This document shows, piece by piece, positions 10,756 through 24,943 of a stretch of DNA of 64,000 nucleotides. The notes under the pieces were generated by a model, which was not told where the DNA came from, did no database searches, and saw only the letters and a list, made by a program, of their open reading frames with translations. The position numbers and the translations under genes were made by a program. The stretch is from Octopus sinensis. Lineage: Eukaryota. Within the stretch, counting starts at the first letter, position 1, and each line of letters starts with the position of its first letter. Location of the stretch: assembly GCF_006345805.1 (NCBI RefSeq), contig NC_043016.1, positions 5,208,001 through 5,272,000 of the forward strand. The letters run 5' to 3'.

Positions 10756-13174
10756 ATCATTGTACTTTTGGATGGTCCTTGGTATGTTTTTTGCTTGTTG
10801 GTTTGTTTTTTTCCTAAAATTTATACCACAACAATCACTCTGCAGCTACTAATAATCTACCGTTACCAGAACAACATCTGACACACCTCTGCCACATTTG
10901 TTCCACATCATTATTCTGAAATACCAGGCAGAGATCTGGCAGAATTGTTAGCACACTAGGCAAAACGTTTTCATCGGTCTTTATGCTCTGAATTCAATTT
11001 TGCTAAGGTCAACTTTGTATTTCATCCTTTTAGAGGCAATAAAATAAGTACCAGTTGGGCACTAGTGTTGATATAATCAATTTCCCTATTTCTCAAGATT
11101 ACTGGCTTTGTGCCTATAGTAGAAAGGATTATTTTGAAATACCTTTCATAGTAATATTCTTTCCACTTGAGTTCAAATCCTACCAAGTTCAACTCTGCCT
11201 TTCTTCCTTTTGGAATTGATAAAATAAGGAACCAGTCAAGTACTAGGGTAGATTTAATTGACTAGTCCCCTTCTCCTAAACTGCTGACCATGGGCCAAAA
11301 TTCGCAACAATATTCTTTCCGCTTGTCTTTAGTCATATGCCAGTATCTATAGCAATAAGTTAAACCTCCAAGACTCTTCCCCAAGAAAGTACTGCGAGCT
11401 ACTTAAAGATATTGCAAGCTCTTTCTCATTATTGTACCAAAACATTCATTCTGTTTGTGATCCTTCTTTATCACAAGGTCACCCATTAGCCAGTGTATAT
11501 TACCTGAATGAAACAGCAAGGATTTATTTTAATCTCAAGAAAGGTTCCACCCTATGCTCTCTCATCAACCACAACCATCTTGAGTTATTTTCTGCTGGTT
11601 TGGTTATCTCCACAGTAGCTTTCTTCAATTGTCTGGATTCAAAACCAATATTAAGTAAAAAAAAAAGAAATGGCATGTTAATATTTTTGAGAAACTGCCA
11701 GCCAACTCTAGTGAGGAAAGATGCTGCATGCCATTCTTTAACAAGAGCATTGGAACTTTCTTCAGATGATGAGAGATGTCAAGTCTGACCTCCCAACCAT
11801 AGTGAGTCCAGTTACTAAGATACTTTTGAGCTCCTGAATAAAACATCCATGTCTGATAAGAGCGACATTACTGTCACTTCATCCAGACATGCCAAAAACA
11901 TTTATGATTTTGTTATATACAAGTATTACTAATAAAACAAGACAGGCAACAGCTTTCTATATTTTTCCTAAATTTTTAACTTCAAAACATTTGTTTCTTT
12001 TTTTTTTAACTTTTCATACGAAGTGCACAGTAATTTTTTTCTCTTTGATCTCCAATCTTAAAACTGGAAAGATTGAAAACTATTAGATCAAAGTTTCCCT
12101 CTTTCACACAGCAAATCAAATTGCTTCACTTTCATATTCTTAATTGATTTCACTGCTTATACTCACTAATTGCCAACACACAGGCTATCAGATCCCACTG
12201 ATCACTTTACTGATTGATTTTTTTTTCTGCATTAGACAAAGCCAATTGTCTATCATCTACCAGTTTTGAACCATGGCTGCTACATGACTTCTCTTATCAA
12301 CACCCAACGAAATGAATGAAAGATGCTGTCAATTCAATTCTAACAGAATTTGAACTCAGAACAGAGATGAATGAAGTAATTTTGACATTCATTAGTAATC
12401 CAGCCATTAGTAATCCAGCACCAATTACTGGTACAACTCATTTTTGCCAGTTGAGTGGACTGGAGCAATATAAAATAAATTATCTTGCCAGTAATGATGT
12501 CAATAAATGAAAACAGACACAAAAAGGTATTGTATTATCTTACATGAGTTGTTTAATATTATTATAATATTTTGGAAAAGATTCACCTTTTCAAATAGAT
12601 GAAAGAACATAATCAACAAGTTCAGAAAATGTGTTGTTACTGGTAGACCATCCTTTGATGGATTACTGTATTTATACTTCTGACTGATTAAGATAAGATT
12701 ACTGTGTTTATACTTGTGGTTGGTTATGATGGAGATCACACGCATACAAGTGTGAAAAAGATCACCAGACAATAACTGAATTTCGAAGTTAGTCAGTAAA
12801 GTGTTTAAGGAATTTCTTTGTTTATGAACAGGTAGGTTGTACTATAACAGGTAGGTTGTACTAAGCAGTTAGGTATAGTGAAATATCATGAACAATGCAA
12901 GCATCGTGTTAGCTGTTATATTATGATCTTGGTGAGTATTTCTGTACTACACCACCACCATCTGGTCAATCATCATCAACTACTTGTTATATTCTATGGT
13001 ATCTTACTAAGTATTATACTATGAAGCTGTATATTATAATTATATCATTGCATATCCCACACCACAGAACCACATGGATCTGAACATGTGAAACATTGTT
13101 ACTATGAGTTCTGAGATAACCAAAAAGAGTATTCTCCTGACCAAGCTACCAATTCAGCAGTGCCACTTTACCAA

Positions 13175-13217
<43 letters not shown>

Positions 13218-13225
13218 GCAGCGTG

Positions 13226-13296
<71 letters not shown>

Positions 13297-14848
13297 TAGT
13301 AGTAGTAAATGTTTGTGTGGCCCAGTAGTTAGGATGTTTGCTTCATAATCGTAAAGTTTAATTCCCAGACTAGGGAGTTGCATCGTGATGCTTCCTTTCT
13401 CAGTCTCCGAATCCATTCAGCTGAAAATGAAAGCTAACAACAACATCTAGTAGAGGAGAGAGGCTTAACCTTGTGGTAGGCCAGTGCCCAGTCTAAGGGA
13501 AAGGCTTGTATACTCCCAAAGTACTTAACACCTCAGGAAGCTTATGGAGTTTAATAGTAGAGAGGAACAGGACAAGAACAGTGGGGGTGGCTAGAGATGA
13601 AGCTTAGGGGAGGATGAGGAAGTGAGAAGGTGAGGAGGATGGAAGAGAAAAAAGGGAGTGGAAGATGTACAGTTGAGAAGAGGAGGGAATAGAGAGGAAG
13701 AGAGTGGAAACATGGGAGGTGGGAGATGAGATAGGGAAGGGGCGAAGATAGGGGAAGAGAAAGAGAGGAGGAGAGGGAGTGAAGGATGCAGGATAGGGAG
13801 GAAGAGGAGGATGCAGGATAGGGAAAGGAGGGGCAGAGAGGAGGGGCAAAGAGGAGGAGGAGAAGAAGAAGAAGAAGAAGAAGAAGAAGAAGAAGAAGAA
13901 GAAGAACAACAACAACAACAACAACAGCAATAAGGAACACCAACCAACCAACCACTTAGTGAACCACAAACTCCCTCCTGAGGACAAAAAGAAAAAAAAA
14001 ATTGTCCAAACAAAATAGCAGAAATTATGATAATCTAAATGAAATTTGAAATATTTAAATAATAAAGCTTATGGCTATTTCTCAGAATGGCAGGACTAAT
14101 TTTATATATATACATTTTTCAATATTTGTGTTATAATACAAAAATTGTGCACTAAAAAAAATCAGTATATGAAATTTGAGCAGAGGAGATTTAAAATAAA
14201 CCTTCCTTATATACTTACAACATATTGTTTGGTAAATCTATTCAAAATCACTTTTTCTTCTTTTCTTCTTTTTTTTTTGTCAAAAACTTAGCTTAGCTTC
14301 AAATAACTCACATGGGATAGTATTTTTTTTTTCCTTTAATTTAAAACCTAATGAAGTTGGCTATCAAGTGGCTATTTATTCCTACGAGAATCTATTATTC
14401 TAAATAGCTTTCAGACTATTACCCAAAATCAACAGTAGAAAGGAAGGATAGAATTTCAGTGAAAGATACTTAGATAAGACCACCATTACTTGCATCAATA
14501 ATTCTCCGTCTTGGTATTCTTTCCAACTGTTCCACCCTGTTGAATATACTTTTACACTAAATAATTATTATCAAGTATTGACTGTCATTTCTGTGGCTTT
14601 TCATGTTTCTTTTTTGGTTTTATTTGCTTTTAGTTTTAAACTTTTATGGAACATATTTCTTTCGTTTTTATTTTTACTTGTTTTTTATCTTCTTTTTTTT
14701 TGTTTATTATTGTTAATAATAATATTATGTATCCGCTGGTCTTCTGGTACTTGAATGGGCGGTTCTATAGAATCAGAAATACTTTCCCTCATTTCAGCTA
14801 TTTTTCATCAACAAACAAACAAACAAAACAATCACTCATTTTGTTTCT

Positions 14849-14910
<62 letters not shown>

Positions 14911-15206
14911 CTCTCTCGTTTTTCTTTACTTTTCTTTTTCTTGCTTTTAATTTTTATCTTTTTTTTTCCGTTTTCCTTCTTTCAGCAATTTGACTGTGGT
15001 CATTCTGGGGCACTCTTTGAAAGGTCTAGTCAAACAAATTCATCCCTGTACATGTTTTTAAACCGGGTATTTCTTGTTCAATCAGTATTTTTTCCCAAAC
15101 CACTAAACTACAGGGACAAACCACCAAATGTTGCCAACCTGATATGAATATCAAACACAAAGATACACACACACACACATATATATATAATTATATGTGT
15201 GTATAT

Positions 15207-16229
15207 GGGTCTCTTGCTCAGAGTGAAAGGTAGATTGTACGATACATGTGTGTGAACTGCCATGCTTCACGGCAGTGAAACATGGGCTGTAACTGCAGAG
15301 GACATGCGTAGGCTTGAAAGAAATGAAGCAAGCATGATCCGCTGGATGTGTAATGTCAGTGTCCATGCACGACAGAGTGTTAAGTGCCCCGAGAGAAATG
15401 TTGGACATAAGAAGCAGTGGACGTGGCATGCAAGAGAGACGTCTGTGCTGGTATGGTCACGTACTATGGATGGATGAGGAGAGAGGTGTGAAGAAGTGCC
15501 ACTCTCAAACAGTTGAAGGAATCTGGGGTAGAGGTAGACCCAAGAAGACATGGGACGAGGTGGTCAAGCATGACCTACATACGTTGAGCCTCACAGAGGC
15601 TATGACGAAAGACCGAGACCCCTGGAGATATGCTGTGACTTTGAAGATCCGACAAACGAAGTGAGTTCATGGCTTGCAGGACGGCCTGCTGCGCTTGAGG
15701 AGACCTATTGTATCAAGTTCATCAACATCAAAATAAAAATCGTATGGATATTGTAGTTGTCATACCCGTGCCGGCGGCACGTAGGGCCTCACAGAGGAAA
15801 TGATGAAGACCAAGACCCCTGAGATATGTCCCGACAAATGAAGTGCGTTCATGGCTCGCAGGACGGCCTGCTGTGCTAACGTTGGATCGTAGAGTAACCC
15901 GCTGTTCTTGAGGAGACCTATTGAGTCAAGTACGTTAACACCAACATCAAAATGAAAATCAAATGGAAATTGTAGTTAAGACACCCGTGCCGGTGACACG
16001 TAAAAGCACCAACCGATCGTGGCCGTTTGCCAGCCTGCTCTGGCCCCTGTGCCGATGGCATGTAAAAAATACCCACTACACTCATGGAGTGGTTGGCGTT
16101 AGGAAGGGCATCCAGCTGTAGAAACACTGCCAAATCAGACTAGAGCCTGGTGCAGCCTCCATGGCTTACCAGACTGCGGTCGAACTGTCCACCCATGCTA
16201 GCATGGAAAATGGACGTTAAATAATGATG

Positions 16230-16232
<3 letters not shown>
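15207..16232 (+). mobile_element. RTE LINE 3' fragment (C-terminus, 3' UTR, (GAT)n tail)
   Basis: LHGSETWAVTAEDMRRLERNEASMIRWMCNVSVH and GRGRPKKTWDEVVKHDL are closely similar to the 50-52 kb RTE; frameshifted. Confidence 0.9.
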
Positions 16233-16261
<29 letters not shown>

Positions 16262-16271
16262 TATATAATAT

Positions 16272-16303
<32 letters not shown>

Positions 16304-16452
16304 CTTATATATATTATATATAAAATTATGAGTATAATTATATTAGGGTTCAGCAAAAAAAATATATATATATATATGTATATGTATGTATGTTATGTAT
16401 GTATGTATGTATGTATGTATGTATATTCTTTCTCTGTTTATTTCCTCGTGTT

Positions 16453-16490
16453 CCTTTCTGTTGAAGAGTGTACGCTCAAAACATAAAAGA
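16453..16490 (+). ncRNA. Degenerate minimal hammerhead motif, family E
   Basis: ccttt CTGTTGA agagtgtacgctc AAAA cata aaaga; homologous to 34635-34672. Confidence 0.45.
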
Positions 16491-16599
16491 CTTTCTCATT
16501 TTCACAAGTGTGAAATTAATACACCTGCTTGTTGTTCATACACCTGTCTTCATCTGTAAATTTCAAGTATATGTATGTGTGAGTGCATATATATATATA

Positions 16600-16850
16600 T
16601 AAGTTCAGCAAAATTTAGATTCAGATGAATATGGTACTTAAGTCAAAGGCACCAGAATTTTGTATGGTATATAAATCCATATAAATCCATGGGGTGATTA
16701 TAATCAAAATAAGCAACCAGTATATCCGAGGTAATGTGGTACAATCATTTCATGCTACTATGTAATACTTAGTGTTTAATAAAATGAAGTAGCATGACAA
16801 GATTGTACCACATTACCTCGGATATACTTGTTGCTTATTTTGATTATATA
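16600..16850. repeat. Repeat family D with about 60-bp internal hairpin; inverted relative at about 20790-20995
   Basis: ataatcaaaataagcaaccagtatatccgaggtaatgtggtacaatc..catgctact pairs with agtagcatg..gattgtaccacattacctcggatatacttgttgcttattttgattat. Confidence 0.8.
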
Positions 16851-16924
16851 TATATATATATATTATATATATATATTATATATTATATATATATTATATA
16901 TATTATATATATATAATATATTCT

Positions 16925-17266
16925 CTTCTCTTTCTCTTTTACTTGTTTCAGCCCTTTGACTGCGGCCATGCTGGAGCACCGCCTTTAATCGAGCAAATCG
17001 ACCCCGGGACTTATTCTTTTGTAAGCCAGTACTTTTCTATCGGTCTCTTTTGCCGAACTGCTAATAACGGGGACATAGACACACCAGCATCGGTTGTCAA
17101 GCAATGCTAGGGGACAAACACAGACACACAAACACACACACGCATATATATATCTATATACATCTATACGACGGGCTTCTTTCAGTTTCCGTCTACAAAT
17201 CCAATCACAAGGCTTGGTCGGCCCGAGGCTATAGTAGAAGACACTTGCCCAAGGTGCCACGCATTG
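16925..17266 (-). mobile_element. SINE family A, 5'-truncated
   Basis: Reverse complement of the body and tail of 6948-7359. Confidence 0.85.
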
Positions 17267-17314
17267 GTATATATATATATAAATTAAGTAAATATAGTTG
17301 TGACCATTATAGCC

Positions 17315-17730
<416 letters not shown>

Positions 17731-18297
17731 ATACCAATTTATAGTGTTATTTTTATCTAATTACTCTCCTGCTCTATAACTCAGAGTGTATTTCTCTTTC
17801 TGATTTATATATGATGGGCTTCCACACAGTTTCTGTATAGAAAATTCACTTATAAAGCACTAGTCCACCTGGGGCTACAGTAGAAGACACTTACCCAAGG
17901 TGCTGTGCAATGTAACTGAACCGCATGGTTACAAACCAAGCCTCTTAACCACACAGCCAAAAGAAAAATCCCTAATTCTAACATAAATAGATAAGACAGC
18001 ACAATATATTTCAGAGAAATTAACAGTCTCAATAAAATAATTGTCCCTACGTACATGACTGGTACTTATCTATTGCACCTGGCTGTCAGCCTAGGTCGGA
18101 TTTGAATTCAGAATGCCAAAATGCAAGCGTGACTGTGGTAAGAAGCTTGCTTCCCAACCACATGGTTCCAGGTTCTGTCTTACTGCATGTCACCTTGAGC
18201 AAGTGTCCTCTACTATAGTCACAGGCTGACCAAAGCCTTGTGAGTGGATTTGGTAGATGGGGATTGAAAGAAGCCTGTTATATATAATATTATATAT

Positions 18298-18329
<32 letters not shown>

Positions 18330-18386
18330 AATATATATGTATGTATGTATGTATATATGTATATTATATATGTCTATGTATATATG

Positions 18387-18431
<45 letters not shown>

Positions 18432-18440
18432 GATGGATGA

Positions 18441-18491
<51 letters not shown>

Positions 18492-18594
18492 CACACACAC
18501 ATACTTACATACATACATGTATACATACCTACATACATACATACATACATACATATATACCCACGCATACAAATATATATATATATATATTATT

Positions 18595-18928
18595 ATGGCT
18601 GCCCCCTCGTTATCAAGTATGGCCATTGTACGAAGCTTAACTTTTACTGGTGCTGTGATCGAATGTGACTTTTTAGCCCAGCCAAAGATCTACAATGTCT
18701 TGTACAGAATTGGCAACTAAAACCTTTACCGGTAATAGCCGGTTATAGTTGTAACTGGGCTTCATGTACCTTTGCATGTCGTTTAAGTCCTCCTGCCGAA
18801 TTACACTCTCTTCCACATGCCCGATGATTAGTATGGTGTATTACACCACGACTATATGTTTAGTCACATACATACATACATGCATACATACATACATACA
18901 TGCATGTATACATACATACATACATACA

Positions 18929-18962
<34 letters not shown>

Positions 18963-19285
18963 CATACATACATACATACATGGTGGCTGCCCTCTCGTTA
19001 TCGAGTATGCCCAGGCATCTCAACTAGCAGGTCTCACTATCCTGGACTATTCTGGGTAAGACCCAGAAACATGCATGCCTTCAGGTTGCTAGTCCTAGCT
19101 GGTGGGGGTGCCTGCCTCCCCTTCGCAAATATAAGGACACAGGAAATGTGTCAAAGCCGACAGGAAGCGTCGATGCTTCCTAGGGCTAAACAGTGGTGGT
19201 GTAATTCCCCTATGGGACTGTCACGTTATGTTGACCGTATACAACACTCTATCGCTCCACCACCGCTCATGTCTCTTTGAGACAT
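18595..19285 (-). mobile_element. Two repeat fragments sharing terminus cgataacgagggggcagccat; third copy at 48640-49203 (+)
   Basis: About 85 bp of 18595-18680 matches 49115-49200 in reverse; the 48.8 kb part contains gggcatccttctaggagaaggtaactc, resembling RTE 5' UTRs. Confidence 0.55.
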
Positions 19286-19328
19286 TTAGAAATTCAATAT
19301 TTCTAAGATATATATATATATATAACTT

Positions 19329-19629
19329 ATAAACAAAGGCAAAAGAAAAAAATTTCTAATGCCAAATATGCTGAAACTAGACATATCGTCCATAACCATA
19401 TAATTTATCACAGAAGAAGGCATCTTGAAGAAAGCCGACAGAAATTTCTAAAAAATTCCCTTATTACCATATCGGACCCGATTTCAGAGTTAATTCATAA
19501 GAACCTTCTCTTCGTCTGTGATAAATGTGGCAAAGAAATAAATGAAATACTTACTTATACCCATGAAAGAAGCAAACACTAAGTCATCCGTACAATTAAG
19601 TGCCCCAAATATATCCAAAATAGAAATTC
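19329..19629 (-). mobile_element. Diverged inverted copy of the family C pseudo-LTR with degenerate hammerhead (19470-19523)
   Basis: Reverse complement of 22180-22494; core reads CAGACGA..GAAA..GTC. Confidence 0.75.
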
Positions 19630-21498
19630 TCCAGCCCATATATATGTAAATATTATATATATTATATTATATATCTATATATATATATATATATATAACC
19701 GTTCTGAACTAGGAGTATCTTGCATACATCGCACAACCCGTACGTTTACATATTTTAAATAATAATATTGTGACCATTCCTAAATATTTCATATTCTAAT
19801 TCTTTATAACTAAATAAGAATAAATATACCATACTAACTTTTAATTCAACATGCATAGATAACTAAAAAAACTTCATTGCATATTTAGAATTAAACTCTC
19901 TCTCTCTTTTTTTTTTTGATAATCTCCTATATTAAATAGTATAAATTCTATGTTCCTAAAGAAACTACTCTGTTCATCTTGATTACCTCACTTCCATTTC
20001 TTAATATATCATTAACACATTATGTCTAACAGATTCTTTAATTTAATTCATTAATAACAATTCACTATCTACTAAATCTGAGAAATTTACTCTTCTTGAT
20101 TACTTCTTTTCATAAAAATAAATCACCTTTTACTAAACCTAAGAAAATTATTCCTCTTGATTACTCCTATTCCATTTTTTCTAATATATATAATTGACCC
20201 CTAATATTTTCACTTTATTACTAAGACTTTTGTCCGCAGTTATTGAGTATTATGCCTACTCATAATAAATAATAGATTTTTCTCCAAAATTAATAAATAT
20301 TAGATTTATAATTTCTCCTTTAATCCAATGTATCAAAATAATCAACACCTACTAGCTAAGTATAAATCTGATGTATATAAGTATAAAGGAATCTCTGTAA
20401 TCACTTTAACTTTTTTAGCTGATCATTATAACCATTTGACATTGACCTAGTTTTCTTGATACTAAATCTGTTTGCCAAATAGTAGTAAACAGCTTCTAGG
20501 GCATTATACCCCCCCTCTACTTTAATTTCTTAATGAATAACTTCTGACATTTAATTCACCCCTACTTCTATAAATAGAAAATCTCTTTTGTTTCCTCCCA
20601 ACCTTCTAGTAGTTCAAAATAACTTAAAGAACATTCTTCAGTCATAAGATAAGCTCTACTACCTTAATGTTCTTAAAATTCAAATCAACATCTCTGTCTA
20701 TATATCTACCTTCTCTATAATGTTATCAATTAATATGAAAATTATGTATTAATGGAAAACCTCTGTAAATGGCTGATGATTGCTCAACATTTTAAAACTG
20801 TTGTAATACTTGCAATATTTAATAAAATGATGTAGCGTGAAACGATCGTACCAATTACCGAGATATTCTTGTTGCTTATTTTGATTATAATCACCCCATG
20901 GATTTATATGGATAACACCATACAAAATTCTAGCGCTTCTAATTTAAGTACCATAGTCATTTGAATCTAAATTTCGCTGAACTTATATATATATATATTA
21001 TATATATATTATATATATATATATATATATAATATATATATAATATATAATGTATATGTATATTTGGATATAGGGTTATTGTTTTTTATATATTAAGTAA
21101 TATGTGTATCATGTTTAGTATATTAATATTAATATTAATATTAATATTAATATTTTTAAAGTTCCTTGTAACCTCTGACAAGGCTTATGGTTTTTTAATA
21201 TATAAGTTTTATATTTTTTAAATACTTACAGCCTTAGTATGTTGACATCTATAGGCAATGAAAATTAAATTTACTTTTGACCATAGGCTGAAACAGCTAT
21301 AAGAAGTAATTTTTAGGATTTCATTAATTTATACTAAGACTTTTAAAATCTGTATTTGCATTATTATCTTATCTATTGATTTATATAATATTTTTGTATG
21401 CTTTTGATGTTCTCATTTGTAAAATGAATAATCCAACATTATAACATCCAAAAGTTGATGAACAAACCAAATTTGTTTCTCCATTTTCTTATTTGTAT

Positions 21499-21568
<70 letters not shown>

Positions 21569-21571
<3 letters not shown>

Positions 21572-21850
21572 CGCTATGGCCCAGTGGCTAGGGCAGCAGA
21601 CTCACGGTCAGTGGATCGCGGTTTCAATTCCTAGACCGGGCATTGTGTGTGTTTATTGAGCGAAAACACCTAAAAGCTCAACGAGGCTCCGGCAGGGGTT
21701 GGTGGTGACCCCTGTTGTACTCTTTTGCCACAACTTTTTCTCTCACTTTCACTTCCTGTTTCTTGAGTAACGCTGCGATGGACTGGCGTCCCATCCAGCT
21801 GGGGAAACATATACACCACAGAAACCGGGAAACCAGGCCCATGAGCTTGA
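21569..21850 (+). mobile_element. tRNA-derived SINE family B, full length
   Basis: Same head as 4529; 3' part ctgcgatggactggcgtcccatccag...cagaaaccggga resembles conserved central domains of pan-metazoan SINEs (V/Deu/Nin/Meta type; exact domain not determined). Confidence 0.75.
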
Positions 21851-21880
21851 AAAGAGTGACGTTTATCATTTTATATATAT

Positions 21881-22494
21881 TTTTTAGAAATTTCTGTCGA
21901 CCTTTTTTCGAGTAGCGTGCGTTTTGTGAAAAAATTATATGGTTAATGGACAATATGTCAAATTTCCGGCATATTTGGCATTAGAATTTTTTTCCTTTGT
22001 CCTCATTTATGAATTGTTTATAAATTTAACCTTTAAAGGTATTTTTTGATATGCTGGCCATTGATAAAATTTTTTTCGAAAGAAATTTTATCCTCATTAG
22101 ATATAAATTTAAGCGTTCACTTCCGGACTATCTCACTCTGTGAGAGCCTCAGTTCAAATCGCACATGTCTTGAATGGGCTGGAATATTTCTATTTTGGAT
22201 GTGTTTGGGGTACTTAGTTGTGCTCATGACTTAGTGTTTGCTTCTTCCATGGGTGCGAGTAAGTATCTCATTTATTTCTTCTGCCACATGTATCGCTGAC
22301 GAAGAGAGGGCTCTTAGTAGCTAACTCTGAAATCGGTCCGATATGGTAATAATGGAATTTTTTAGAAATTTCTGTCGACCTTTTTTCGAGTAGCGTGCGT
22401 TTTGTGAAAAAATTATATGGTTAATGGACAATATGTCCAATTTTTCGGCATATTTGGCATTAGAAATTTTTTCCTTTGCCCTCATTTATGAATT
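21881..22494 (+). mobile_element. Family C Penelope pseudo-LTR/retrozyme-like repeat, 478-bp period, about 1.3 units
   Basis: About 135 bp at 21881-22016 recurs at 22359-22494; contains a canonical hammerhead. Confidence 0.8.
22291..22343 (+). ncRNA. Type I hammerhead ribozyme with canonical core
   Basis: Stem I tatcg/cgata (extendable to tgtatcg/cgatatg), CTGACGA, stem II agag..ctct, GAAA, near-palindromic stem III atcggt, cleavage triplet GUC. Confidence 0.8.
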
Positions 22495-22501
22495 ATATAT
22501 A

Positions 22502-22537
<36 letters not shown>

Positions 22538-22538
<1 letters not shown>

Positions 22539-23584
22539 GATCTTTTCATTTGTGAAGCCAGTTTTTTCAAATTTTTCCTACTGAACCAAACAATTTGAAA
22601 CTTCGTATACTGGTAGAATGTGTCAAAAGTAAACTTAATTGTAAACCAGAATGAAATGGTATTCCGTCTTTCGGCTTCATATTATTTACTCCGTCTCGAC
22701 CACCAATTTGGTGACGTAGTAAACATATGGTATGTAAACAAATGTAAACAAAACAATAACGATGAAATTTTTTACTCGGTGTATGTGTATATGTATGAAT
22801 GTATGTATGTATGAATGTATGTATGTATGTGTGTATGTATCTATGTATGCGTGTGTGTGTGTGTATGTGTGTGTATGTATGTGTGTGTATGTATGTATGT
22901 ATGTATGGCCGATTCGGTGTTTAGTTTTTTCGAGTGAATACTCGGTGTATGTGTATCTGTATGTATGTGTGTGCATGTGTGTGTGTGTGTATGTATCTAT
23001 GTATGTGTGTGTGTGTGTATGTGTGTGTATGTGTGTGTGTGTATGTATGTATGTATGTATGTATGTATGACCGATTCAGTGTTTAGTTTTTCGAGTGAAT
23101 ACTCGGTGTATGTGTATCTGTATGTATGTGTGTGTGTGCATGTATCTATGTATGTATGTGTGTGTATGTATGTGTGTGTGTGTGTATCTATGTGTGTGTG
23201 TGTGTGTCACACATGTATGTATGGCCGATTCAGTGTTTAGTTTTTTCGAGTGAATACTCGGTGTATGTGTATCTGTATGTATGTGTGTGTGTGTGTATGT
23301 ATCTATGTATGTTAGCCTCAAATGTGCACAGTTGCCTACGTCACAAAACTGCTTTCTACGTCACACTAACAGAATGCAGTAACGTATTAAATATGAAAAC
23401 AAGCAATCTCATTGGTTAAAATTCGCAGTGTTAATCTACGATTAAAGTCATAAAATAGATTTTTCTCAAATAAACTAGTTCCAACCTGTGTCTTGTTTTG
23501 AAACACTGTACCAGCATACGAAGTTTCAAATTATTTAGTTAAGTAGAAAGATCTGGGCTCCTGGCCACACAATTGAAAAGATCC
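22538..23584. mobile_element. Non-autonomous TIR element inserted in (TA)n, carrying an internal tandem repeat of about 155 bp
   Basis: Ends ggatcttttcatttgtgaagccag / ctggccacacaattgaaaagatcc; subterminal inverted block aatttgaaacttcgtatactggt / accagcatacgaagtttcaaatt; unit ccgattcggtgtttagttttttcgagtgaatactcggtgtatg occurs three times. Confidence 0.75.
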
Positions 23585-23586
23585 TA

Positions 23587-23692
<106 letters not shown>

Positions 23693-24129
23693 GTATACAC
23701 AGCTTGTACCTATGTGTATGTGTGTATTTGTTAATAAGTGTATCCACATATGTATGTATCAGTGAGACTTTGAGTATGTGTGGGTGAGTGTTTAGATATA
23801 TAGGTGTAAATTTTTGTTTGTATGTGTGTGCGCATGTATATGTGAGTATGTGTGTGTACATGCACGTCTATATGTGTGTGTGTGTGGCTGTATATGTGTA
23901 TATACATGGTGTGTGTGTATGTGTGTGCCAGTATATGTATGCCTGGACTGTGCCTGTGATGATTGTAAGAAGAAATATTAGATGTAAGAAACCTATGCGG
24001 AGAGACTTTCTCCAAAGAGAAAGGTTTGTCCTTCGTTTTATTAAAGTGTTGATTGCATGAGGTTCATTGTGATCAATGTGATATCGTGGAAGACAGACAG
24101 ATAGCCAGACTGAAAAAGAAAGAGGAAAA

Positions 24130-24160
<31 letters not shown>

Positions 24161-24224
24161 GAGGAGGAGGGAGGGAAACGGGGATAAAGACATAGAAATG
24201 TGGATAGAAAATAGACAGACATAC

Positions 24225-24262
<38 letters not shown>

Positions 24263-24490
24263 TATACATATACATATACATACACACATACACACACACA
24301 CATATATACATATATGTATACGTATCTATATATATGTATGCATGTGTATGTGTATTCGCACACACGTGTGTGTGTATATATATCGTCATCATCATTATTG
24401 TTTAATGTCTTCCATGCTGGCATATACATACATACACACACACACACACATACACACATATATATATGTGTGTGTGTATGCATGTATATA

Positions 24491-24521
<31 letters not shown>

Positions 24522-24911
24522 GGGTAGGTGGCTGTTGTGCCAGAGAGAGCGAGAGGTGGGAAGGTAGAGAAAAGTGTGATGGAGATCTAGAAACAGGTGG
24601 TGGAATGGTAAGTGATAGTGTATAGCACTGAGTTGTGTTTCAGTTCTTGACAGGGAAAATTTCTTTTCCTTTTTCCTTCTTCACCCCCTCCCCTCCACCT
24701 CTTGCCCCACATACACTTTTAAAGAAGTTAGTCTGGAAAATAAAGAAGTGAATTATTCCATTATTTAACTTGATACACCAAATACACTATGAATTTCAAC
24801 TATTTCCAAACAATACATCACTCAACATATATGTTTACATCCCAGCTTCCCAATATGGTTCTTGTAATTTTTGCTATTACTGCTACTATTATTATTGTTG
24901 TTGTTGTTGCT

Positions 24912-24943
<32 letters not shown>

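Noticed and set aside
13550-13920. Long purine-rich tract (also 2735-2970) giving Pro/Ser/Leu-rich ORFs
   Set aside because: Low-complexity GA/GGA repeat; triplex potential is generic and the ORFs are artefacts.
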